NCBI GenBank assembly: GCA_044227005.1
Contig: JBGAFZ010000010.1
Coordinates: 3,285 to 67,284 of the forward strand
DNA from: Aggregatilineales bacterium
GTDB lineage: Bacteria > Chloroflexota > Anaerolineae > Aggregatilineales > Phototrophicaceae
Direction of reading: 5' to 3'
Length of the DNA stretch: 64,000 nucleotides
Part shown: positions 35,137 through 44,564 of the stretch, piece after piece
Position numbering within the stretch: position 1 is the stretch's first letter
Layout: each line of letters starts with the position of its first letter
Notes under the pieces: model-generated
The model's database searches: none
Told to the model about the DNA's origin: nothing
Seen by the model: only the letters and a program-made list of their open reading frames with translations
Position numbers and translations under genes: made by a program

Positions 35137-36753
35137 TCAACTAGGTTGTATAGAAAAAGTTTCCTCCGGCCACAAAATGGATTGGGCATTGATACCGGTT
35201 TTATCAAAGTTGAAGGACACGATGAAACCGTCCTGCCCGTAATAATCCCAAAGTTCTATCTGGAAGTTTGGTTTACCGCCGCTTTCCACCCATTTGCCTT
35301 TTATGAGCCACGGACAAGCTGTATGTGACCAAATAACCTTATCGCGCAACATGACAGACTGATCTGAAACACGAAATACGCCATCTAGGCCAACAGGCAA
35401 TGCGTATTTCGCTCCATTCAGTTCGAAATGAAATGTTGCCTCTTCTTTGCTGTTAAAATCGAGGCTCACGGTTGTCCAACCCAATTTGTTATCAGGAAGG
35501 TTATAAGTTTTATTTGATATGGTTGATGCAATTGAGGGAGGTTCAGCCAACTGAGCGCTGGATGGATTTTGTGAAGCCTTAATGGCTTTTTGCAACAGGG
35601 CATTTCCTGTCGGATTGGCTGGCAAAGCGGTTTCAGACTGTATGCTCGGAATGACATAATCTATCAGCCCGTTTGCAAAAACCATGCTATAGGCAATATC
35701 ACCCGTCGTCACCACAATAACATCAAGGTCAGGCATCACGTACAGAATTTGTCCAGCATAACCAATCGCCGCATAACCACGGTGGGTGGCATTCTTTCCT
35801 TCAGGCTCATTGAACCAATAGCCATAAGGGCCGTTATACCAGAAGTTAGAATAGCCTTCCCAGAAATGTGGTTGTAACGGCTCAAGCTGATCGTTGGTCG
35901 ATTGTTTAACCCATTCTGAGGACACAATCTGCTGACCGTTCCAAAGACCATCGTGTAGATACAAATAGCCAATTCGGGCAATGTCCTGTGCGCTGATGGC
36001 AAGGCCAGCCCCACCAAAATTGACACCTTCGGCATCCACCGCCCAATCCACATTGGTTATACCGAGCGGCTTGAACAAATTATTACGGGCGAACTCCAAC
36101 GCAGTTAACTCGGTTGCCTGTTGGAGCAGTGCTGAAACAAGATGGGCATTCCCATCCAGATAAGCATAGGCTTCGCCAGGAGCAGCAAGCATCGGGGAGT
36201 CCAACAAATGCTGAACGACTGTTTCCCCGCTAACAGATAGCAGTGCTAACTCGGGGTCTTTGATGCCTAATCCACTGGTATGGTTCATCAAATGACGCAA
36301 TGTGATTGCCGCCTTACGATCGTCCATCGCGGCGGTCTTGTCTTTCGGGAAAAAGTCCCAGATGGATTGATCAAGGTTTTTGATGTAACCCTTATCAATG
36401 GCTATGCCGACCAATGCAGATACAACTGATTTGGTCAAAGAAAAAGCTTCATGAGGTTTCGTCGAATTGAATGGATACACCGAAGCATCCATGACGACTT
36501 GACCATGCCGGATGACCAATAAACTATGGATCAAGAGCGTTCCAGTAATATCCGACCTCGGCTCCTGTAGTGCTTCCCACATCTTAGTAAGCTTTGAGGA
36601 ATCCATACCCTGTTCTTCTGGCGTGGAGGTTTGCCAACCCTCAGTCGGCCATAATAGGGTCTCGTGAGCCGCAGTGATACCAAATGACAAGACTAGTAAA
36701 ACCAATGTGATCGAGAGCGTAAAACGCGCCCATTTAGGAGTACGATGCAACAT
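35137..36753 (-). CDS. Secreted serine hydrolase, beta-lactamase/PBP (class C-like) family with an extra C-terminal domain
   Basis: Start ATG 36753 (the track ORF to 36909 reads through the leader). Signal peptide. SxxK motif FSLTKS. About 150-aa C-terminal beta-rich extension. Confidence 0.8.
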   Translation of the reverse strand: MLHRTPKWARFTLSITLVLLVLSFGITAAHETLLWPTEGWQTSTPEEQGMDSSKLTKMWEALQEPRSDITGTLLIHSLLVIRHGQVVMDASVYPFNSTKPHEAFSLTKSVVSALVGIAIDKGYIKNLDQSIWDFFPKDKTAAMDDRKAAITLRHLMNHTSGLGIKDPELALLSVSGETVVQHLLDSPMLAAPGEAYAYLDGNAHLVSALLQQATELTALEFARNNLFKPLGITNVDWAVDAEGVNFGGAGLAISAQDIARIGYLYLHDGLWNGQQIVSSEWVKQSTNDQLEPLQPHFWEGYSNFWYNGPYGYWFNEPEGKNATHRGYAAIGYAGQILYVMPDLDVIVVTTGDIAYSMVFANGLIDYVIPSIQSETALPANPTGNALLQKAIKASQNPSSAQLAEPPSIASTISNKTYNLPDNKLGWTTVSLDFNSKEEATFHFELNGAKYALPVGLDGVFRVSDQSVMLRDKVIWSHTACPWLIKGKWVESGGKPNFQIELWDYYGQDGFIVSFNFDKTGINAQSILWPEETFSIQPS

Positions 36754-36806
36754 GATAGAGCCTCCTTGTTTTAAGGGGGAGGAGACTTTCCCCTCCCCTG
36801 TCAGCG
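36754..36806 (-). promoter_or_regulatory. Conserved leader, copy 4 (in front of the non-paralogous beta-lactamase-family gene)
   Basis: GGGGGAGGAGACTTTCCCCTCCCC plus AAGGAGG. Same layout as copies 1-3. Confidence 0.7.
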
Positions 36807-37505
36807 CTAATTTAGAACGATCCATACACCACTCACCGCAGTATTGATATTGAGTCTCTGGATAAAGACAGAAATAGTCAGGCTGTCTGTGCGCCACACA
36901 ATGTCCCAATGCTTATTTGGGATGTCTTTTTCGGTCGAGGTTGGGCGTCCCCATCGCCAGAGCAAATCCAAAAATCGTAACGTTTTGGAGTACAAGGTGA
37001 ATTGCCTGATTATTTTTTCTTGATAGGGAATGTTGATGGCAACGATCTGCGGTAGATCCGCGATACTGATATAAGTATTCGTTTGTAATATGTCTAAATT
37101 GAGTTCTGCGGGATAAAGAGAATGTGCCGACAAGCGCAAACCAAAATCCTCGGAATCGACAATTACTCCCGGCAGGAGTTCTGAAGGATGAAAAGAAAAT
37201 GGGGACTTGCTTAAGCCAAAATCCTCCGGATCGACAATTGTTCCCGGCATCAGTACTTCATAGCCCGTCATATCATCCAGATGGGGCAGCGGTTGCGGAT
37301 AAATCACGCGCATGACCAGCCTTATGCCAACCGATAGCACCATCAAGGTCAACAACAACAGCAGTGATAAACGATGAAACTGCACCAGCATTGCCTTCAG
37401 CGGATTGCATGAATTAGGGATGTGTTTTTCAGAGGCACTTATCGGCGCAAATAAACCTTGTGCTGCGTACCAATGAGCAAGTTTTAGGTTATTTGACGTT
37501 TGCAT
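36807..37505 (-). CDS. Hypothetical single-pass membrane protein with an internal duplication
   Basis: TM segment LSLLLLLTLMVLSVGI. Duplicated PG(T/V)IVD(P/S)EDFGL(S/R).S..S.(H/Y)P(S/A)EL block. Confidence 0.55.
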   Translation of the reverse strand: MQTSNNLKLAHWYAAQGLFAPISASEKHIPNSCNPLKAMLVQFHRLSLLLLLTLMVLSVGIRLVMRVIYPQPLPHLDDMTGYEVLMPGTIVDPEDFGLSKSPFSFHPSELLPGVIVDSEDFGLRLSAHSLYPAELNLDILQTNTYISIADLPQIVAINIPYQEKIIRQFTLYSKTLRFLDLLWRWGRPTSTEKDIPNKHWDIVWRTDSLTISVFIQRLNINTAVSGVWIVLN

Positions 37506-37708
37506 GACAGTCTCCTTATATGAAGACCGGCAAAAACAAAAGGCATTACTCGCGGTTACAAGTAATGCCTTGAAAGATGGTCAAGAAAAACAATTCATTC
37601 GGGCTTATCATTTCAATTTTCCAATGAACCCATAATTTTTAATTTTTAGAACAGAAACACAGAACAGTAGGGGGCTTGCGCCCCCCACCGCCTGACTTAA
37701 GGAGGACA

Positions 37709-38194
37709 CTAATCATGCGGAACCGTTAGGTTTTGCCATTGGAAGGTGTAGGTCTTCCCACTGGCGTCCGCAGGAGTGGTGATCCAGAACCAGTTGGTCT
37801 TCGAGTAGTACATGGAGTAGCCGTTGTTCTCGGCAATCAATGTACCCTCAGCATGACCAGCCTTATCAACGACCTTCGCAATATCGGCGGCTGAGACTTC
37901 GAATACCAGCTTGCCTATATTGGTCTTGGGTTCAATCGACAACAGTTCGACACCGCGTAGGACTTGCACTTCCTTGAAGGCATACAGCCACGGTTTGTCA
38001 GATGGCATCCGAACCTTGTCGTACTTATAGAAGACTGCTACTGGTGCGGCTACGTCGGCACCGTTCAGTCGTCCGTCATAGATGTAGCCATTGGTGGGTG
38101 CTGGCGGCGGTTTGGGCGTGTTACCGGCCTGAACCGCTGTCAAACTAAGTAGAACGACCACTATTGTTACGAGGATAACTAATCGCTTAAACAT
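37709..38194 (-). CDS. Secreted hypothetical protein (DGRLN motif after the signal peptide)
   Basis: Signal peptide MFKRLVILVTIVVVLLSLTAVQA, then ..YIYDGRLNGADVAAPVAVFY. A G/C hairpin lies downstream at 37670-37686. Confidence 0.65.
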   Translation of the reverse strand: MFKRLVILVTIVVVLLSLTAVQAGNTPKPPPAPTNGYIYDGRLNGADVAAPVAVFYKYDKVRMPSDKPWLYAFKEVQVLRGVELLSIEPKTNIGKLVFEVSAADIAKVVDKAGHAEGTLIAENNGYSMYYSKTNWFWITTPADASGKTYTFQWQNLTVPHD

Positions 38195-38285
38195 TTTGTC
38201 CTCCTCTAACTAAACGGGCGCTTCTTGAATGGTCACGCCCGATACTAATCGTGTGGCGTCATTGACCCTGTCCTGTGACATGTGC

Positions 38286-38957
38286 CTATCGTGTGTAAGT
38301 CGGCTCATATTGCTCGCGTAGAGCGATTGCTTCGGCTGACAACGGATGTGCTGCCATCGCTTCCGCCATCGTCATCGCGGTGTAACTCGGCTCATATTGC
38401 TCGCGTAGGGCTATCGCTTCGGCTGTTAGCGGATGTGCCGCCATAATTTCCGCCATCGTCATCGCGGTGTAACTCGGCTCATATTGCTCGCGTAGAGCGA
38501 TTGCTTCGGCGGTTAGCGGATGTGCTGCCATCGCTTCCGCCATTGTCATCGCGGCGTAACTCGGCTCATACTGCTCGCGCAAGGCTATCGCTTCGACGGT
38601 CAACGGATGCGCTGCCATAGCTTCCGCCGCCGTCATCGCGGCATAGCTTGGCTCATATTGCTCGCGCAGAGCGATTGCTTCGACTGTTAGCGGATGTAAC
38701 GCCATGACCGCCGCCATGCTCATTGGCCCGTAGCTCGGCTCATACTGCTCGCGTAGGGCTACGGCTTGGGCTGACAACGGGTGTGCTGACATACGACTTG
38801 CCGCGTCTGCAACGGTATTGATGACCGGGTTATTCACCACAACTGGACGGTTGATGGTTGGAATGATTGTGATGACGATGATCGCCAGTACCGCAATCAC
38901 TGCCACCGAGAAGATGGTTATCGAAGATACATGAATATGAGTATTTTGACGTAACAT
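38286..38957 (-). CDS. Membrane-anchored protein with six tandem 29-aa repeats (HPL(T/S).EAIALREQYEPSY..MT.AE.MAA)
   Basis: N-terminal TM segment IFSVAVIAVLAIIVITIIPTI. 87-bp DNA tandem repeats are visible from about 38290 to 38800. Confidence 0.7.
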   Translation of the reverse strand: MLRQNTHIHVSSITIFSVAVIAVLAIIVITIIPTINRPVVVNNPVINTVADAASRMSAHPLSAQAVALREQYEPSYGPMSMAAVMALHPLTVEAIALREQYEPSYAAMTAAEAMAAHPLTVEAIALREQYEPSYAAMTMAEAMAAHPLTAEAIALREQYEPSYTAMTMAEIMAAHPLTAEAIALREQYEPSYTAMTMAEAMAAHPLSAEAIALREQYEPTYTR

Positions 38958-39200
38958 AATATCCTCCTAATTCCTCTGTCAGTATTCGTATCTGTTTATT
39001 TATTGCCTATAGCATAAATCTCAACAGACTATGAAGCCTCTAACAAAAGTAAGAGATATGCGTTGAGAAGCGTTGATTTTTGAGGAAATTAATGATTCAG
39101 CAGGTGAGATAGGCGATTGCGGGGTAAGTTTTGATATAAAAGGCGCTCTCGCTGTCACGACGAACGCCTTTATACAGATAATTGGGAAGTAGCAGTCACA

Positions 39201-40109
39201 TCAGACGAACAACAGCACCATGCCGACGATGGCGATCACAGTACCGACGACCGCTTGCTTGGTGGCGCGTTCCTTAAACATGAAGTAACTGATGGGAATA
39301 AGGAAGATGGGAGTCAGGGATGACAGGGTGGACGCCACGCCGATATTGGCATTTTGTACCGCCACCAGCGATAACCAGACACCCATAACCGGCCCTAATA
39401 CCGTACCGCCAGCCAGCAATTGAAAAGCACGCGGACGCTCACGCAGGGTGCGATAGGTACTTGCTACCTGCCCCCGCACGATAGTAATCACCCAGATGAC
39501 GACCACCGCCGTCGCCAAACGGATCAACGTGCCGGAAAGTGCAGGAAAATCACCCGCCAGGCCGATCTTGCTCAAAATCATCCCGCCAGCCTGCCCCAAC
39601 GCCCCACCAAAGCCACATAACAACCCGATCACGTAACGCCGACGATCTGTAGTAGCGGCTGTACCGGCCTCGGTCGCGCGCCGTTCACCGATCACCACCA
39701 GAATACCGGCTAAGGTCACGGTGATGCCGATGATCTCTTGCAAAGCGAGGGTTTCGTGCAGGAATATCCACGCGATGACCGCCCCCAACACCGGAGCCAG
39801 CGCCATCATCAACATGGATAAACGCGGGCCGATCATGATGAAGGCCTGAAACAAAAAGGCATCGCCCAACAAGAAGCCGATGATGCCCGATATACCCAAC
39901 CACAACCAACGATCTGCACCGGCGTTGACTGGAAACGGTTGCCCGTAAAGCAGGGTGTGCAGCACCATGACCAGCAGCAATGCCAGCAACAGCCGTACCC
40001 GATTGGTCAAAATCGACCCTAACTCGCGCCCTGCCAGCGTGAAAAAGGTCGAGCCGAACGCAAAACACAACGATGTCCCTAACGCCGCTAATTCGCCTAA
40101 GAATGGCAT
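39201..40109 (-). CDS. DMT superfamily (EamA-like) transporter
   Basis: 302 aa with about 10 hydrophobic spans in two homologous halves. Confidence 0.8.
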   Translation of the reverse strand: MPFLGELAALGTSLCFAFGSTFFTLAGRELGSILTNRVRLLLALLLVMVLHTLLYGQPFPVNAGADRWLWLGISGIIGFLLGDAFLFQAFIMIGPRLSMLMMALAPVLGAVIAWIFLHETLALQEIIGITVTLAGILVVIGERRATEAGTAATTDRRRYVIGLLCGFGGALGQAGGMILSKIGLAGDFPALSGTLIRLATAVVVIWVITIVRGQVASTYRTLRERPRAFQLLAGGTVLGPVMGVWLSLVAVQNANIGVASTLSSLTPIFLIPISYFMFKERATKQAVVGTVIAIVGMVLLFV

Positions 40110-40309
40110 AACAATAACTTCCCTAAGTATGACGTGAACTAGTACACCTGTTTCAATTCGACCCTATCATACCTGTGGAGTGTGCCAATTGCACTCCGAT
40201 TGTTGCGCTCATAGTGGCTGTCGGCCTTCACTTCCCGTCTGACCCTATATCGTCTCTGTGGCAGCAGGTAGGATGAAGGGAAATACACGTATTTATGCAA
40301 GGATTACCG

Positions 40310-42100
40310 ATGAAGTTCATAGCTTTCTGCGTGGCGTTAATTGCCGCGCTCTCGCTGCAACCCTCTCCTATCAGCGCCCAACATAACCAACTGGTCACAC
40401 GCTGGGCCGATAAGGTTACCCCCGACAACGTGCTACCGGAGTATCCGCGTCCGCAATTGGTGCGTGACCAATGGATCAACCTCAACGGCTCGTGGGATTA
40501 CACTGTCACTAAGAAAGACGCCGAAATGCCCACCGCCTACGAAGGTAAAATTCTGGTGCCGTTCGCCATCGAGTCGTATCTTTCCGGTGTGCAGCGCAGC
40601 ATTATTGCCAAACGCCTGTGGTATCACCGCACCTTCACCCTACCAAGCGATTGGGCAGGCAAGCGCTTGCTAATCAACTTTGGCGCGGTTGATTGGGACA
40701 CCACCGTTTACATCAACGGGCAAGCTGTGGGTAACCATCAAGGCGGCTATGATCCCTTTAGCTTTGATATAACCGACGCGCTCAAACCAGACGGTGAGCA
40801 AACCATCGTCGTCAGTGTATGGGATGCCACCGAAGGCGCACAACCGCGCGGTAAACAGGTGGCTGCACCGGGAGGCATCTGGTACACCTCGACTACGGGC
40901 ATCTGGCAAACGGTATGGATCGAACCGGTCACCAGCGCCCATATCGACAACCTCAAAATCAACACCGATATTGATCAAGGTACGCTCACCCTGCAAGCTA
41001 ACCTAGCCGGTGCGGTAGCCAACACCCATTACACGCTGAAAGTAGATGTATTAAACGGTAGCGAAGTGGCCGCCACACAAACCGCTGACGCCGCGCAAGC
41101 ACTCACCCTCAATATACCGAACCCGCAGTTATGGTCACCGGATTCGCCCTTCCTGTATGATCTACGCGTTACACTGCAACAGGGCGATGTATCGCTCGAC
41201 AGCGTCGGCAGCTACTTCGGGATGCGCAAGATCGAGATCAAAAAAGACGATAAAGCCCTTCCGCGTATCTTCCTCAACAACCAAGCTGTTTTCCAGTACG
41301 GTCTGCTCGATCAAGGCTTCTGGCCTGATGGTTTATACACCGCACCTACCGATGCCGCCCTCCGCTTCGACATTGAAACCACCAAGAAGCTCGGCTTCAA
41401 CCTGATCCGCAAACATGTGAAGGTCGAACCGGCACGCTGGTACTACTGGGCAGATAAACTCGGCATGTTGGTGTGGCAGGATATGCCCAGCAGCACCGAT
41501 ATCCTGATGGAACCCGGACGCGGCGAACTCCCGCGTGACAGCAAGATTGCCGCCAATTTCGAACACGAATTACAGCGCATGATCGACACGCACTATAACT
41601 CACCGTCCATCATCATGTGGGTGCTCTTCAATGAAGGTTGGGGACAATACGACACCATCCGCCTGACGCAGTGGCTCAAAGCCTACGATCCGACGCGCAT
41701 CATCAACAGTGCCAGCGGTTGGAATGACTTCCGTTCAGGCGATGTGCAGGATATTCATCGTTATCCGGCTCCCGAAAGCCCGCAATCGGATTACAAACGG
41801 GCGAATGTGCTTGGGGAATTCGGCGGCTTGGGTCTGCCCATCGAGGGTCATACGTGGCTCAACAAAGACAGTTGGGGATATAAGCAATACACAGATGTCC
41901 CTGCCCTGCTCGATGCCTACAGCCGCTTCATCAAGCGATTGGTGTATCAGAAAAACGAACGGGGATTATCTGCCGCCATCTACACGCAGACCACCGACGT
42001 CGAAACCGAGGTCAACGGCATCATGACCTATGATCGTGAAATCATCAAAATGGGTGCGGATAACCTGCTGGCGGTTAACCAGACTTTGTTCACGCCCTAG
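40310..42100 (+). CDS. Secreted glycoside hydrolase family 2
   Basis: Start ATG 40310 (AAGGA upstream; the track ORF starts at 40295). Signal peptide MKFIAFCVALIAALSLQPSPISA. NFGAVDWDTTVYINGQAVGNHQGGYDPFSFDIT and WVLFNEGWG. Paralog of 1789..3933. Confidence 0.8.
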   Translation: MKFIAFCVALIAALSLQPSPISAQHNQLVTRWADKVTPDNVLPEYPRPQLVRDQWINLNGSWDYTVTKKDAEMPTAYEGKILVPFAIESYLSGVQRSIIAKRLWYHRTFTLPSDWAGKRLLINFGAVDWDTTVYINGQAVGNHQGGYDPFSFDITDALKPDGEQTIVVSVWDATEGAQPRGKQVAAPGGIWYTSTTGIWQTVWIEPVTSAHIDNLKINTDIDQGTLTLQANLAGAVANTHYTLKVDVLNGSEVAATQTADAAQALTLNIPNPQLWSPDSPFLYDLRVTLQQGDVSLDSVGSYFGMRKIEIKKDDKALPRIFLNNQAVFQYGLLDQGFWPDGLYTAPTDAALRFDIETTKKLGFNLIRKHVKVEPARWYYWADKLGMLVWQDMPSSTDILMEPGRGELPRDSKIAANFEHELQRMIDTHYNSPSIIMWVLFNEGWGQYDTIRLTQWLKAYDPTRIINSASGWNDFRSGDVQDIHRYPAPESPQSDYKRANVLGEFGGLGLPIEGHTWLNKDSWGYKQYTDVPALLDAYSRFIKRLVYQKNERGLSAAIYTQTTDVETEVNGIMTYDREIIKMGADNLLAVNQTLFTP

Positions 42101-42176
42101 TCTTAATCTGATATTTTTGGGACAAGTGGGCGTACTTGGTTATCACTTGTCCCAATCATCAGGTTTCAAAATGGCC

Positions 42177-42626
42177 TCATGTAAAAATTTCAATTTCCGA
42201 TGGGGTTAGCACCTGAAAATTCTCAACAACATTTTTATAGCCGTGCCATTCCTCATCCGCAATACGTTTACGTAATAATTCTTCAATCCGTTCAGCGCTG
42301 GCAATTATCTGTGCTTCTAGAGCCTTACCCTGCGCGGTTAAATGAATTTTTACGCCCCGCCGATCAGTCGGATGTTGCTGGCGTTTAGCCAATCCTTTTT
42401 GTTCAAGCTTATCCAGAATAGGTGTAAAGGACGTAATCTGGCGACCCACTGCTCGCGCCAGTTGCCCAGCCATCATGCCATCGTGTTCATACAACGCGCG
42501 CAGCATATACCATTCGACAATCGACACCCCTAAAGGATCAATCTCTTTTCGATAAACCGTTTCGACACTCCGTAAAGCAATATCAACATTGCACCAAATC
42601 GATCCGGCGAAATATAAATCACGCAT
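42177..42626 (-). CDS. MarR-family transcriptional regulator
   Basis: Winged-helix pattern VSIVEWYMLRALYEHDGMMAGQLARAVGRQITSFTPILDKLEQKGLAKRQQHPTDRRGVKIHLT. Confidence 0.85.
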   Translation of the reverse strand: MRDLYFAGSIWCNVDIALRSVETVYRKEIDPLGVSIVEWYMLRALYEHDGMMAGQLARAVGRQITSFTPILDKLEQKGLAKRQQHPTDRRGVKIHLTAQGKALEAQIIASAERIEELLRKRIADEEWHGYKNVVENFQVLTPSEIEIFT

Positions 42627-42665
42627 TATCGTGTCCCTTTCTACACCACAATAGCGAGTCAGGGA

Positions 42666-43154
42666 TTATTGGGCTTTGGCTTCCGGACGTTTGATCGGGC
42701 GAATATCATTCGAATCCAGCATCATGTTATAGACCAAACGGGCACGGGTAAGATCGGTCGCAGTCGGCATACTATAAAAATCTTCCATCGGGTCGTTTTC
42801 AACCGTGGTGGTATCAATCAATTGGGCGAAGGGACGCAACGCTTTGAGCAACTGCTGTTTTTGTTGCTCCAGCAACTCGATATGATCGACCATGAATTCG
42901 TTGCGGCGTTCTAATCCGGCGATGCGCAAAATACGCATCAGCACATCCGAACGGAGCAGTAAACGTTCTGCTGATTCGGCCACCGCTTGGGAGCGTGCAT
43001 CATATTCCTCACCGCGTGACCAACGCTGCACCAGTTGATACAGTGCCGAGACCATCGTGTAAGCAATAACCAATTCATCATTTGACATGGGCATTTGGGC
43101 GGCTGGACGATCAGCCTCAAGCATAAATCCGGTCTTGTTGATGGTGTTAATCAC
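42666..43154 (-). CDS. Hypothetical protein (162 aa, helical)
   Basis: ORF co-directional with the flanking genes. No recognised motif. Confidence 0.5.
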   Translation of the reverse strand: MINTINKTGFMLEADRPAAQMPMSNDELVIAYTMVSALYQLVQRWSRGEEYDARSQAVAESAERLLLRSDVLMRILRIAGLERRNEFMVDHIELLEQQKQQLLKALRPFAQLIDTTTVENDPMEDFYSMPTATDLTRARLVYNMMLDSNDIRPIKRPEAKAQ

Positions 43155-43298
43155 AGTAGCTTCCTTTTATGTATTGATATGTACACCACTACCGACGTGA
43201 ATTTCGTAAAAAAGTTTCGCACCAAAATAAAATTGCCTTCCGAATACCGTTCTACACAGCATTTGGAAGGCAATTGAAGAATGGTTAGTCGGTTTAAA

Positions 43299-44318
43299 TT
43301 AGCTCTGGTTGAGGCCTGTTTGTGCAGTTCGCGCCGAACGCACCAGTTCTAACAAATCGCTGGATGCTGTCCCCTGCTCGATGTGCTTGATCAACTCATC
43401 CAATGTGTTATTAATGAAGTTGTTCAGGCGTGCATAGCGTCCGCGCACATCCGCAAGATTAGCCGCATGAGATTGGGTATCGCGTTCTAAGGCGTGGTTG
43501 AGTTCATTCAGTTCTTTCTCGCGGCGTTTGACAGTCAATGACATGGTATTGATGGAACGCCCCAACTTTTCCAGTTCATCATCAGAAGCCAGCGGAACCT
43601 GCACTTCATAATCGCCTTTGTCGATGCGCCGTACCACCTGCATTAAATGCTCCAGCGGATTGAGAATCGAACGCGTCACCGCGATTGCCATCAACAGCGT
43701 CAAAATCAACGTTCCCCCGATGCCGCCACCTACAGCAACCTGCGCTTGGTTCACTTCCGCAGCAACACGGATTTGGCGCTCGGTCAACAAACTATTCTCG
43801 TGTTCCAACGCGTCCGTAATCAGCTTTAGATACGCTTGTTCCTGCTGTTCAAATTGTTCTTTAGCCTCCAGCACATCGGTGACAGCGCTATGATTACTGA
43901 CCAGATTGAGAAAACGCTTACTTATACTTTGTAGCTGCTGCCCTGCATCCGAAATTGCCTTGACGCCCACCGCATTATCGGGTGAAAACAACATCACCAA
44001 TGACTCATACTGTTTCAAAGCCCTATCGTAGCTATCCATACCCGCACTGATGAGCAGGCTTTCGCCATCCTGTTGCCCTTGATCCTTAACGTCCAACCTT
44101 TGCAATAAGGCCATCTCATTAGTGGACGACACGATCCGCAATCCGGCAGCGCGTAAAACATCTAGCGCCTCGATCATCGGAACCGTTTCAGCCGTCACCT
44201 GTTGTAATTGCGCCTGTATTTCACGGCTGCTGAGTATCCCGAATAAGCCGATCAACATCAGACCGATGATGGGTAAACAGTAGCCAATGATCAAGCGTAA
44301 ACTGAGTTTGATCTTCAT
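43299..44318 (-). CDS. HAMP-domain membrane protein (four-helix-bundle sensor plus HAMP plus coiled coil, no output domain)
   Basis: Two TM segments around a helical domain of about 170 aa. HAMP segment SILNPLEHLMQVVRRIDKGDYEVQVPLASDDELEKLGRSINTM. Confidence 0.7.
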   Translation of the reverse strand: MKIKLSLRLIIGYCLPIIGLMLIGLFGILSSREIQAQLQQVTAETVPMIEALDVLRAAGLRIVSSTNEMALLQRLDVKDQGQQDGESLLISAGMDSYDRALKQYESLVMLFSPDNAVGVKAISDAGQQLQSISKRFLNLVSNHSAVTDVLEAKEQFEQQEQAYLKLITDALEHENSLLTERQIRVAAEVNQAQVAVGGGIGGTLILTLLMAIAVTRSILNPLEHLMQVVRRIDKGDYEVQVPLASDDELEKLGRSINTMSLTVKRREKELNELNHALERDTQSHAANLADVRGRYARLNNFINNTLDELIKHIEQGTASSDLLELVRSARTAQTGLNQS

Positions 44319-44564
44319 CTATCCTACTTTGTCTTGAGCTGCCCATAATAAAGTGTTGGGCAATGATGGTACGACAATACGATAATTCATGGTTAGTAAA
44401 TTGTAACATGATGTGGCAATTTGAGTCTCAAGAAATCTGATAATCGTAAAAAGTGTGGTATTTTCTTCATGCTTAATGCTGTCTATAGCCCCAACCTCCC
44501 GCACGAGTCATAATCCACTATCAGAATGTTGTACACACCAGTGCTGCAAAAGGAGTTCCGTCTC

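Noticed and set aside
33819-36909. N-terminal extensions of the track ORFs (35207 and 36909 starts; shared ..SPLKQGGSIML peptide).
   Set aside because: The shared peptide is the translation of the conserved leader hairpin and SD. The ATG that directly follows AAGGAGG (35078 and 36753) gives a canonical signal peptide.
42119-42153. 10-bp-stem hairpin GGGACAAGTG..CACTTGTCCC between the convergent GH2 and MarR genes, considered as a terminator.
   Set aside because: The T-run lies before the stem on the plus strand, and only an A-run follows on the minus strand. It does not fit a canonical intrinsic terminator for either gene, although it may still stabilise the 3' ends.
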